In this document: positions 45,406-53,613 of the stretch, piece after piece
Numbering within the stretch: position 1 is the first letter of the stretch
Layout: each line of letters begins with the position of its first letter
Position numbers and translations under genes: made by a program
Assembly: GCA_049997795.1 (NCBI GenBank)
Contig: JBEKVT010000002.1
Location: 65,664 to 129,663, forward strand
From: Minisyncoccia bacterium
GTDB taxonomy: Bacteria; Patescibacteriota; Minisyncoccia; Phycocordibacterales; PALSA-1337
Direction of reading: 5' to 3'
Length of the DNA: 64,000 nucleotides
The notes under the pieces: generated by a model
Told to the model about the DNA's origin: nothing
Database searches by the model: none
The model's input: the letters and a program-made list of their open reading frames with translations, nothing else

Positions 45406-45735
45406 ATGAAAAAATATGCGGCGGGGAACAGGGGGCTCATCAAGATGATCCTGATCGTAGTCATAGCCCTGCTCATCTTGAGCTACTTCAACATCAATCT
45501 CCGCCAATTGGTCAATGCTCCGACCACCCAGGACAACGTCTCCTACGTGGCTTCCAGCACCGTCACCATCTGGGACAGCTACCTCAAGGTCCCGGCTACT
45601 TATCTTTGGAACAACGTATTCATCGACCTCATCTGGAACCCGGCCATAACCAATCTGACGAACATGAAGAACGGGGAGCCGACGAACATAAGCACTTCGT
45701 CGCCGACTCTGCCGTCTATACCGCTGGTGCAGTAA
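45406..45735 (+). CDS. Small membrane protein (109 aa)
   Basis: GGTATGAT lies 6 nt upstream of the ATG. TM helix LIKMILIVVIALLILSYF. Confidence 0.5.
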   Translation: MKKYAAGNRGLIKMILIVVIALLILSYFNINLRQLVNAPTTQDNVSYVASSTVTIWDSYLKVPATYLWNNVFIDLIWNPAITNLTNMKNGEPTNISTSSPTLPSIPLVQ

Positions 45736-45814
45736 GAATAAGGGGTTAGTGGATTAAAGTGCCAACAAGGTATATTGTACGACGTGGCATGTTTCAGTAA
45801 ATTAACTGGTTTGT

Positions 45815-46498
45815 TTATCCCCTGTCCTGTTTGTTTGGTTCAGCAGCTAATTCAAGCAGCACCGTCTTCTTGAAAAATTTCTCCGTCATCACACTGATGT
45901 TTTGTGGTAGTTTCTTATCCTTCCTTCTTATAAGCTCATCAATCTCCTTTTGATCTATCTTCTCATTATTTACAAGAACAAAGTAGATCTTTGAGTGGAT
46001 ACTAGAATATCGCTTCATTTTAATACTAACCACTCCCCCGAGAGACTTGATATCCTGAGCATAGAATAGGTCTATTACGATACCCTCGTTATCTGATTTA
46101 TAAATAAAGAAATCGCAACAAATATAGCCGGGCCGAAGAATTTTGTGTTCGTGTACCCTTACCTCCGGGATATTTGATATAAGATACCTATAAAAGCTTT
46201 CCTCATAATTTACAGCCTGTGAATGCGTTCTGCGCGCCACTGCAGCTCGATGTTCTCCCATGGTTAAATTAAGACCTGTGTTTAATGACAGTGCTTTTCT
46301 GACATTTGAAATGCCCTCGAAATTTCTTTGAATCAGCCTGGCTGACGGAAGATATTCAAAAGTATCAAAATCTTGGATTCTGGGATAATTACCATTCAAA
46401 GATTTGAAATACTCCATACCCTGCCTGATTTCCTCAAGAGTCCACTTTTGTTGGTGTCCGATTTTCTTTTTCTTATCTGGAATTATCATTGAATACAC
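45815..46498 (-). CDS. Homing-endonuclease-like protein: an N-terminal homing-endonuclease-associated repeat-type DNA-binding module plus a C-terminal PD-(D/E)xK-like nuclease core. It is encoded in an AT-rich islet.
   Basis: WTLEEIRQGMEYFKSLNGNYPRIQDFDTFEYLPSARLIQRNFEGISNVRKAL resembles the W.EEI...F....GR.P...DF...LPS...I.R.FGSW motif. Candidate nuclease residues are GYICCDFFIY...GIVIDLFYAQDIK. Codon usage and base composition are visibly AT-rich compared with the flanks. Confidence 0.5.
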   Translation of the reverse strand: MYSMIIPDKKKKIGHQQKWTLEEIRQGMEYFKSLNGNYPRIQDFDTFEYLPSARLIQRNFEGISNVRKALSLNTGLNLTMGEHRAAVARRTHSQAVNYEESFYRYLISNIPEVRVHEHKILRPGYICCDFFIYKSDNEGIVIDLFYAQDIKSLGGVVSIKMKRYSSIHSKIYFVLVNNEKIDQKEIDELIRRKDKKLPQNISVMTEKFFKKTVLLELAAEPNKQDRG

Positions 46499-46623
46499 TT
46501 TAACACATAATAATATAGACGTGATCGTTTCCCCTTCCTATAGGAAAAAACCTTATAGCCTTGAGTCCAATATCACAAAAAGCCCTACCCTTCCGGACAG
46601 GACCTTCCGCGGTTTATGATAAT

Positions 46624-47121
46624 TCACTTCCTGGCGAGATCTCCCGAACTTGACCAGCATTTTTCCGACGAGATCCACGGTTCTATCCCGTATTTCTCGT
46701 AAAGATGCTTGGCGAAAGCCACGTTCCCTTTGGTCTCGTATATGTCGTACCCCAGCTTGGCCGCCTCGGCGGCGTGATACTTCTCGTTGATCTGCATCAC
46801 GCCCACGTCGGCCGGGTTGGCCTCGCCGCGGATGGCCTTGCCGCCGCTTCCGTACTGGCGGAAGGCCGACTCGCAACGGGCGATGTCGACCAAGATCGGC
46901 TCGTCCGCGTATTGCTCGCGGACGTACGCTTCTATGTCTTTGGAGACGTCCAGGGGCTGGGCTTCGGCGGCCGTCGCCTGCTCCGCCTGCGGAGGAGCGA
47001 TGTCGGGAGCCGCCGCATTCGCCTGCCCCGCGCCGTAGAGCGAGGACATGAGGAATGCCGCACCTGTAGCTATTTCTATCATTTTCCAATTAAAAAACGA
47101 GCTTGCGAGCATGACGCTCAT
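46624..47121 (-). CDS. Secreted transglycosylase-like (Rpf/lysozyme-like) protein
   Basis: The signal peptide likely starts at the internal MIEIATGAAFLMSSLYGAGQANA. The motif DIARCESAFRQYG...NPADVGVMQINEKYH resembles the Rpf/transglycosylase-like CES...GhhQ core. Confidence 0.45.
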   Translation of the reverse strand: MSVMLASSFFNWKMIEIATGAAFLMSSLYGAGQANAAAPDIAPPQAEQATAAEAQPLDVSKDIEAYVREQYADEPILVDIARCESAFRQYGSGGKAIRGEANPADVGVMQINEKYHAAEAAKLGYDIYETKGNVAFAKHLYEKYGIEPWISSEKCWSSSGDLARK

Positions 47122-47288
47122 TAGCTCATTTTTGTGAGTCCAGTCTAGCAGATCAAGTCCATGAAGTCAATGCTGTCTGTGTCATAATATGGCTCAACGG
47201 AGGCATATTTTGTGACTAAAATAGCCTTATTTTGAGCCATTCTATCGAACTTGCGCCGAAAATAGCCTCGTGTTAAGCTCTATCCGCT

Positions 47289-47561
47289 ATGGCGCATCGC
47301 AAAGCCGAAGGAACGACTAAGAACGGCCGGGATTCCAACCCGAAATATCTCGGCGTGAAGATAAACCACGGCCAGAGCGCCCTGACCGGCCAGATCATCG
47401 TGCGCCAGCGCGGCACGACTGTGCTTCCGGGCAAGAACGTCGGGGTCGGCAAGGACTATACCCTGTTCGCCCTGAAAGACGGCACGGTCCATTTCTCCTC
47501 GAAACGCAAGATCGGCTTCAACAGCGACATCGACCGCAGGAAGATAGTGAGCGTGGTGTAG
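47289..47561 (+). CDS. rpmA: Ribosomal protein L27
   Basis: [62 protein letters not shown] matches L27. Confidence 0.9.
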   Translation: MAHRKAEGTTKNGRDSNPKYLGVKINHGQSALTGQIIVRQRGTTVLPGKNVGVGKDYTLFALKDGTVHFSSKRKIGFNSDIDRRKIVSVV

Positions 47562-47569
47562 ACAATAAG

Positions 47570-47687
47570 GGAGACACGAAAACCTCTCTCTAAGAAACAT
47601 TCCCAGCGGGAGCCCGTCTGGGACGTTTTTCTTCAGCCTTGAATCTTGAATAAGTAGAGTTTCTTAGGGAGAGGTTTTCGCGTCTCC
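47570..47687. repeat. Long imperfect inverted repeat (29-nt arms, 2 mismatches) enclosing an intrinsic terminator; a convergent-gene terminator structure or MITE-like element
   Basis: Arm 1 is GGAGACACGAAAACCTCTCTCTAAGAAAC (47570-47598). Arm 2 is GTTTCTTAGGGAGAGGTTTTCGCGTCTCC (47659-47687). The inner hairpin is CCCAGCGGG-agc-CCGTCTGGG plus ACGTTTTTCTTC (47603-47634). Confidence 0.6.
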
Positions 47688-47700
47688 TTACCTAAGCCTT

Positions 47701-48147
47701 TCACTGCGCCTCTATGACTATCTTGAACTTGGCCGACTCTCCCGTCGCCGTCTTGACTTCGATCTCGTGCTCGCCGGCCTCCTTGATAGGATGCTCCAGC
47801 TGGATGAACGACGGGTCCACTTGTAGCTGAGTCTGCTTCAAGATCTCCGCGGCGATCGCCTCGCGGTGCAGGCCGGCGAAGAGATGGCCTTTGTCGCTCG
47901 CCTTACCGGAGACCGAGAGGACGAGGCCATCGAGGCCTTTCAAATTCTTGGCGATCAAGTCTTCCTGGAGCTTCCTCTCTCCTTCCGCTTTCGCTCTTTC
48001 GGCCTTCAGGCGCTTCATGGCCTCTGGGACGGCGGCGACGGCCGCGCCGGTCGGGATGAGAAGGTTCAGAGCGTAGCCGGCCGGCACGTCTTTGACGTCG
48101 TATTTCTTGCCGAGCTTCGGCACGTCTTTCAAAAGGATGATCCTCAT
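47701..48147 (-). CDS. rplI: Ribosomal protein L9
   Basis: MRIILLKDVPKLGKKYDVKDVPAGYALNLLIP matches the L9 N-domain. Confidence 0.85.
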   Translation of the reverse strand: MRIILLKDVPKLGKKYDVKDVPAGYALNLLIPTGAAVAAVPEAMKRLKAERAKAEGERKLQEDLIAKNLKGLDGLVLSVSGKASDKGHLFAGLHREAIAAEILKQTQLQVDPSFIQLEHPIKEAGEHEIEVKTATGESAKFKIVIEAQ

Positions 48148-48169
48148 GGCGTTCGTATGATATCGGGGC

Positions 48170-49390
48170 TTAAGGTTTGGCCAGAAGAAGCTCGACGGCC
48201 TTGTCCATCTGCGGGTCTTTGCCGGCCTTGGCGTCGGCGTCCGTCAGGGGCACGTTATAATCTGGATCGAGGCCGTCATGGGAGAGATTGTGGCCGTTCG
48301 GCGTGAGCCAGCGGGCGATGGTCACTTTGAGCGAGGTGTCATCGGTGACCGGTATGAGCTCCTGGACGGAACCCTTGCCGAAGGTCTTCACGCCCACCAG
48401 CTCGGCCACACCCTGCTCTTCCAGGGCGCCAGCCAGGATCTCCGAGGCGGAAGCCGTGCCATTGTCCACCAGGATGACCATCTCCAGGCTGCTGCTGAAG
48501 ACATTGTATCCTTTGCTCCGATATATCTGCGGCAAGCCGTTGTGGCCGAAGTCTTCCGTCACCACCACCTTGCCGATAGGCAGGAACCAGGACGCCATGT
48601 CCCAGGCGGCGTCTAGATAGCCCCCGGGATTGCCGCGCAAGTCGAGGACGAGCTTATGGTCGCCGGAGAGGACGAATTCCCGGAGAGCGTTCCTGAAGAG
48701 GTCCGGGGAATCCGAGGTGAAGCTGTATAGCTTGATGACGAAGATATGATCCGGCCTTTGGACGGTATCGAGAGTCGGGATATTGATGACCTCCCGGACG
48801 ATGGTCCGATCGACCGGTTTGGACGCTCCTTGAGAAAGGAAGGATATCTTGACCTTGCTGCCTTCCGGCCCGCGGATAAGCCCCACCGCCTCGTCCACGC
48901 TCATGTCGGCCGTGGAAGTGCCGTTTATGGAAAGGACGGCGTCGCCGGCCTTGACGCCGGCTCTCTCGGCCGGGCCGCCCTTCAAGGGCGCCACCACCAC
49001 GACTTGGCCGTCCTTCATGCCTATCTCCATGCCGACGCCGCCGAAATTGCCGGAGATGTTCTCCAGGAACATCTTCGACTGTTGCGGCGGGAAGAAGACG
49101 GTGTAGGGATCGCCGTAAGACGAGGCCAGGCCCTTGATCGAGCCCCAGACCTTATCCGCGGCCGTGGTCGAGGCGGCGTTCAGGGCTTTGTCATCCAGGA
49201 TCTGCCAGGCCTTCCAGAACGGGTCGAATTGATCGGCGGTCGTGAACGAGCCGTTGGTCAGAGCGGAGGTGTCGAGGGGCGGCGCTTTCGTGCCGCCGGA
49301 ACGGTAGCCGGCAAGGAAGGCGACCACCAGGGCCAGGAGGCCGATCGCGACATAGGCGGCTTTTCTGTTCTTTTCGCTTGGATGGTCCAT
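48170..49390 (-). CDS. ctpA: Carboxyl-terminal processing protease (S41 family) with a PDZ domain
   Basis: N-terminal TM anchor. PDZ region: GVGMEIGMKDGQVVVVAPLKGGPAERAGVKAGDAVLSING. S41 motifs: LVLDLRGNPGGYL and TASASEILAGAL. Confidence 0.85.
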   Translation of the reverse strand: MDHPSEKNRKAAYVAIGLLALVVAFLAGYRSGGTKAPPLDTSALTNGSFTTADQFDPFWKAWQILDDKALNAASTTAADKVWGSIKGLASSYGDPYTVFFPPQQSKMFLENISGNFGGVGMEIGMKDGQVVVVAPLKGGPAERAGVKAGDAVLSINGTSTADMSVDEAVGLIRGPEGSKVKISFLSQGASKPVDRTIVREVINIPTLDTVQRPDHIFVIKLYSFTSDSPDLFRNALREFVLSGDHKLVLDLRGNPGGYLDAAWDMASWFLPIGKVVVTEDFGHNGLPQIYRSKGYNVFSSSLEMVILVDNGTASASEILAGALEEQGVAELVGVKTFGKGSVQELIPVTDDTSLKVTIARWLTPNGHNLSHDGLDPDYNVPLTDADAKAGKDPQMDKAVELLLAKP

Positions 49391-49466
49391 GATGGAAGTC
49401 CGCCCATTATCGCATAGAACCGTTGTGGAGCAAAGCGGGAGCGGCCGATGTGCTATAATTCACGGC

Positions 49467-50393
49467 ATGATAATCACTCACGCCGCGCGGGGATTGGTGT
49501 GGCTCGATCTCGTTTCGCCGACGGAAGAAGAAATCGGCGGACTGGTCAAGCGCTACAACCTGCACCCCTTGGTCGGCGAGGAGTTGAAGAGCTCCCCTTC
49601 CCTGGCCAAGATCGACTTCTACAAGGATTATGTCCTGGTGGTGCTCACCCTGCCGTCGCGAGAGAAGCGCGAGGAGGGGGGCTACACCATAACCGACCGC
49701 GAGGTGGATTTCGTCATCGGCCGGGACTTCCTGATAACTTCGCGCTCCGACACCGTCGAACAGCTAGAGTACTTCGCCAAGATCTTCGAGACCAACACCA
49801 TCCTGAACAGGGACGAGAAGATCGAGCGCACCGCCCACCTGTTCTATTACATGGTCATGCGCCTCTACGCCGGCATGTGCGAGGACCTGGAGAACATCAA
49901 GGACGCCTTGATCGACGCAGAAAGCCGCATCTTCAAGGGCGACGAGCGCAGAATGGTCGAGGTCCTTTCCGGCCTGTCCCGGGAGCTCATCGACTTCCGC
50001 CAGACGGCCAGGGTCCATCGCGACATCTGGGAAGACATGGCCGTCCTCGCAGACAGGGATTTCTTCGGCAAGGACTTCAGGCCCTACGCCCATGACCTCT
50101 CCGAAGAGTTCGACCGGGTGAATGAGCTCGTCGACAACGCCCGCGAGCTTCTGGCCGATCTGCGCGAGACCAACGATTCTCTTTTGAACACCAAGCAGAA
50201 CGAGATCATCAAGACTCTGACCATCGTCACTTTCATATTCTACCCGGCTACCTTCATCGCTTCCCTCTTCACCATCCCGGCGTCCTTCGTGCCTCTGGTC
50301 GGCGCCAAGAACGGCTGGACGATCATCCTCGTCTTCATGATCGCCGTGACCGCGCTCATCTGGTGGTACATCAAGCGCCAGAAGTGGCTCTAG
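49467..50393 (+). CDS. CorA-family divalent-cation transporter-like protein with a non-canonical pore motif (no GMN)
   Basis: Cytoplasmic alpha/beta domain plus two C-terminal TM helices. NEIIKTLTIVTFIFYPATFIASLFTIPASF stands where CorA has ...LT..T.IF.P.TFI.G.YGMNF. TGCTATAAT lies 7 nt upstream of the ATG at 49467; the ORF track starts at 49389. Confidence 0.6.
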   Translation: MIITHAARGLVWLDLVSPTEEEIGGLVKRYNLHPLVGEELKSSPSLAKIDFYKDYVLVVLTLPSREKREEGGYTITDREVDFVIGRDFLITSRSDTVEQLEYFAKIFETNTILNRDEKIERTAHLFYYMVMRLYAGMCEDLENIKDALIDAESRIFKGDERRMVEVLSGLSRELIDFRQTARVHRDIWEDMAVLADRDFFGKDFRPYAHDLSEEFDRVNELVDNARELLADLRETNDSLLNTKQNEIIKTLTIVTFIFYPATFIASLFTIPASFVPLVGAKNGWTIILVFMIAVTALIWWYIKRQKWL

Positions 50394-50411
50394 GCGGCAT
50401 CGAGGCCAGTC

Positions 50412-51800
50412 ATGGACATCCAGCTCTACAACACCCTTTCCCGAGGCAAGGAGGCATTCAAACCCATAAAGAAGGGCCTAGTCGGCATGTACAACTGCGG
50501 GCCGACGGTCCACGATTACGCCCACATCGGCAATCTGCGGTCGTACGTCTTCGCCGATTCTCTGCGCCGGATGTTCGAATACAACGGCTATGAAGTCGCC
50601 CAGGTCGTAAATATCACCGACGTCGGCCATCTCGTGAGCGATGCCGACGAGGGCGAGGACAAGATGACCAAGGCCCTGAAGCGCGAGGGCAAGCCTCTCT
50701 CCCTGGAAGCGATGCGCGAGGTCGCTACTTTCTACTACGAGCGGTTCGTCGAAGACTTGAAGGCCTTGAATGTCGAGCTGCCGAAGGCGTTCCCGCGGGC
50801 GAGCGACCACATCAAAGAGGACATCGAGCTCATCGGCGCCCTGGAAAAGAAGGGGTTCGTCTACAAGGCGAGCGACGGGATCTATTTCGACACCAGGAGG
50901 TTCCCCGCTTACGGCAAGCTCGGCGGGCGCGCCGATAAGACCGCAGGGACCGGCTCGCGCATCGGCGCCAATCCGGAGAAGCGCGATCCCGCCGATTTCG
51001 CCTTGTGGAAATTCAATCCGAAGCTCGGCTGGCCGAGCCCGTGGGGCCAGGGCTTCCCGGGTTGGCACATTGAGTGCTCGGCCATGTCGGCGAAGTATCT
51101 CGGCCAGCCGTTCGACATCCACACCGGCGGCATCGACCACATCCCCGTGCACCACACGAACGAGATCGCCCAATCGGAAGCGGCGTACGGCAAGCCTCTC
51201 GCCCATTACTGGCTGCACAACGAATTCCTGACCGTCGGCGGAGACGGCAAGATGGCGAAATCGGCCGGCAACTTCATCACCTTGAAGACGCTCGCCGACG
51301 AGTCCATCTCTCCCCTCGCCTACCGGTATTGGCTCCTCTCCGCCCATTACCGTTCGCCAGTCAGATTCACCTATGATGCCGTCAGGGCGGCTCAAAACGC
51401 CCTTATAAGGCTCCTGGCGGCCGTGGGAAGCTATCCGGACGGCGGCAAGGCTGTTCCGGCCTATAAAGAGCGCTTTTTGGCTTTTGTAAACGATGACTTG
51501 GACATGCCCGAGGCCGTGGCTTTAGCTTGGGAACTGGTCAAGGACCCGAAGGTAAACGACGCTGACAAGCGCGCCACTCTCCTCGATTTTGATCGGGTCT
51601 TCGGCCTGAAGCTAGATTCCGCGCCCCGAGTCGAAGAAGAAACGGTTCCGGAAGAGATCAAGGCCCTCTCGGATGCTCGCGAAGGAGCCAGAAAAGCCAA
51701 AGACTGGAAGAAGGCCGACGCTATCCGCGTCGAGATAGAGGCCCGTGGCTTTGAAGTGAGCGACACCCCGGAGGGCGCCCGCGTCAGGCCGAAACGCTAG
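50412..51800 (+). CDS. cysS: Cysteinyl-tRNA synthetase
   Basis: MYNCGPTVHDYAHIGNLRSYV (HIGH region), KMAKSAGN (KMSKS) and Zn-binding Cys/His residues. Confidence 0.9.
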   Translation: MDIQLYNTLSRGKEAFKPIKKGLVGMYNCGPTVHDYAHIGNLRSYVFADSLRRMFEYNGYEVAQVVNITDVGHLVSDADEGEDKMTKALKREGKPLSLEAMREVATFYYERFVEDLKALNVELPKAFPRASDHIKEDIELIGALEKKGFVYKASDGIYFDTRRFPAYGKLGGRADKTAGTGSRIGANPEKRDPADFALWKFNPKLGWPSPWGQGFPGWHIECSAMSAKYLGQPFDIHTGGIDHIPVHHTNEIAQSEAAYGKPLAHYWLHNEFLTVGGDGKMAKSAGNFITLKTLADESISPLAYRYWLLSAHYRSPVRFTYDAVRAAQNALIRLLAAVGSYPDGGKAVPAYKERFLAFVNDDLDMPEAVALAWELVKDPKVNDADKRATLLDFDRVFGLKLDSAPRVEEETVPEEIKALSDAREGARKAKDWKKADAIRVEIEARGFEVSDTPEGARVRPKR

Positions 51801-51972
51801 ATAATCCGATCTTGTCTTCTACATCCGATAGTCTCGAATATATCCGCGACTCGGCGGCGTCGATGCGCTCTTCCAGGCGCTCGAAGCTCCTTGCGAGCGA
51901 AACGGCGATGTCGTCCCCATTCTTGTATATGACCCGTTCCAGCAATTCCACATCTTTTTGATCCAATGACAT
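51784..51972 (-). CDS. Candidate small coiled-coil protein (62 aa), tail-overlapping cysS
   Basis: MSLDQKDVELLERVIYKNGDDIAVSLARSFERLEERIDAAESRIYSRLSDVEDKI is a heptad-like acidic helix. No RBS or promoter is obvious. Low confidence. Confidence 0.2.
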   Translation of the reverse strand: MSLDQKDVELLERVIYKNGDDIAVSLARSFERLEERIDAAESRIYSRLSDVEDKIGLSSVSA

Positions 51973-52052
51973 TTGAGTGCGCGGCGCTTCGGCAGCGCCG
52001 CAGCGGCTAGCTTTTAATGTGTAAAAGATACCAGACGCTTGCTAAAATGGGC

Positions 52053-52213
52053 CTCAAAAAAGGTTCAAATTCCGGTGAAAAAAGATTAAAATCCTGGTGA
52101 AGAAAATCTCAAATCCGCCTGAATTTCCTTTCCACACCTTTTCCACTTTTCCCTAAAACGCCGAAAAATCCCCGGCGGGACCGTGCTACAATCATCCGTG
52201 CTACAATGCTTCC
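52053..52213 (+). promoter_or_regulatory. dnaB upstream control region: three ~21-nt tandem direct repeats, two DnaA-box-like TTTCCAC motifs and tandem duplicated extended -10 promoters
   Basis: Repeats are TCAAATTCCGGTGAAAAAAG / TAAAATCCTGGTGAAGAAAA / TCAAATCCGCCTGAATTTCC. They are followed by TTTCCACAC and TTTTCCACT. CCGTGCTACAAT occurs twice (52181-52192 and 52196-52207), the second 6 nt before the dnaB ATG. Confidence 0.5.
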
Positions 52214-53611
52214 ATGAGCCCCGTATCCCCATACGTCAAAGCCAAAGACCTGAAGATCCCGCCCCAGAGCCTGGAAGCGGAAAAGGCCCTGCTCGGCTCG
52301 ATCATGACCCGCGGCGAAGCCATGAACGACGTCGTGGACCTCGTGAACGAGCAGTCTTTCTATTCGAACCAGCACCGCATGATCTGGTCGGCGCTCCTGG
52401 AACTCCACACCAAGAGCAACCCGATAGACATCCTGTCCGTCTCGGCGCGCCTCAAGGACAAGGGCCAGTTGGACGAGATCGGCGGCATGTCATATCTCTC
52501 CGAGCTCATCAACACCGTCCCCTCTTCCACCAACGCCGCTCACTACGCCGAGATCGTCGAGAAGAAGCACGTCATGCGCGAGCTCCTGCGCGCCGCAGAA
52601 GTCATAAGCGGCCTCGGCTACGACGAAGAGGCCGACCTGCACGAGCTCCTGGAAAAGGCGGAGAAGGAGCTGTACGCCGTGACCTCGAAGACCGGCTCGC
52701 ACAAGTTCGTGGCTCTGAAGGACATCCTGGACACGGCCTTCGAGCGGATCGACCATCTGCACAATACCAAGAACGAGCTGCGCGGCGTGCCTACCGGCTT
52801 CCCGGAGCTCGATAACAGGCTAGCCGGCTTCCAGAAATCTGACCTGATAATCTTGGCCGCCCGCCCCTCGATGGGCAAGACTTCGCTCGCCCTCGACATC
52901 GCCAGGAAGACGGCGGTCAACCACAAGATACCAGTGGCTATCTTCTCTCTCGAGATGAGCTCGCAGCAGCTCGTCGATCGCATGCTGGCCGCCGAATCGC
53001 ACGTCGATTCCTGGAAGCTCCGGACCGGCCGCAATCTCTCGGTGGAGCACGACTTCAAAGCCATAGGCGACGCCATCAGCCGGCTGTCTGAAGCGCCGAT
53101 ATTCATCGACGACACCGCCGGCAACAACATCCTGAAGATCCGCGCCGTAGCCAGGCGCCTGAAGAGCGAGAAGAATCTGGGGCTCATCGTCGTCGATTAC
53201 CTTCAGCTCATGGTGCCGACTCAGGCCGGCCGCTATAACGACAACCTCGTCCAGCAGGTCACGGAGATCTCAAGGTCGCTTAAGACCCTGGCCCGCGAGC
53301 TCGAGATACCCGTCTTGGCCCTTTCCCAGCTTTCCCGCGCCGTGGAACAGCGCGGCGGCAAGCCTCGCTTGTCCGACCTCCGCGATTCCGGCTCGATCGA
53401 GCAGGACGCCGACGTGGTCATGTTCATCCATCGCGAGATAGACCAGGAGCGGGGCGGCCACAAGGAGGAAGCCGATATCCTGATCGAGAAGCACCGGAAC
53501 GGCCCGACCGGCTCGGTCAAGCTCTTCTTCGACCAGAGGAAGACGACTTTCTTGTCGATCGACAAGGCGGACTTCGGAGAAGCCGAGAAACCGGCCGAGC
53601 CGACGTTCTGA
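52214..53611 (+). CDS. dnaB: Replicative DNA helicase DnaB
   Basis: PQSLEAEKALLGSIM N-terminal domain, Walker A GKTSLALD and an RecA-like core. Confidence 0.9.
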   Translation: MSPVSPYVKAKDLKIPPQSLEAEKALLGSIMTRGEAMNDVVDLVNEQSFYSNQHRMIWSALLELHTKSNPIDILSVSARLKDKGQLDEIGGMSYLSELINTVPSSTNAAHYAEIVEKKHVMRELLRAAEVISGLGYDEEADLHELLEKAEKELYAVTSKTGSHKFVALKDILDTAFERIDHLHNTKNELRGVPTGFPELDNRLAGFQKSDLIILAARPSMGKTSLALDIARKTAVNHKIPVAIFSLEMSSQQLVDRMLAAESHVDSWKLRTGRNLSVEHDFKAIGDAISRLSEAPIFIDDTAGNNILKIRAVARRLKSEKNLGLIVVDYLQLMVPTQAGRYNDNLVQQVTEISRSLKTLARELEIPVLALSQLSRAVEQRGGKPRLSDLRDSGSIEQDADVVMFIHREIDQERGGHKEEADILIEKHRNGPTGSVKLFFDQRKTTFLSIDKADFGEAEKPAEPTF

Positions 53612-53613
53612 AC

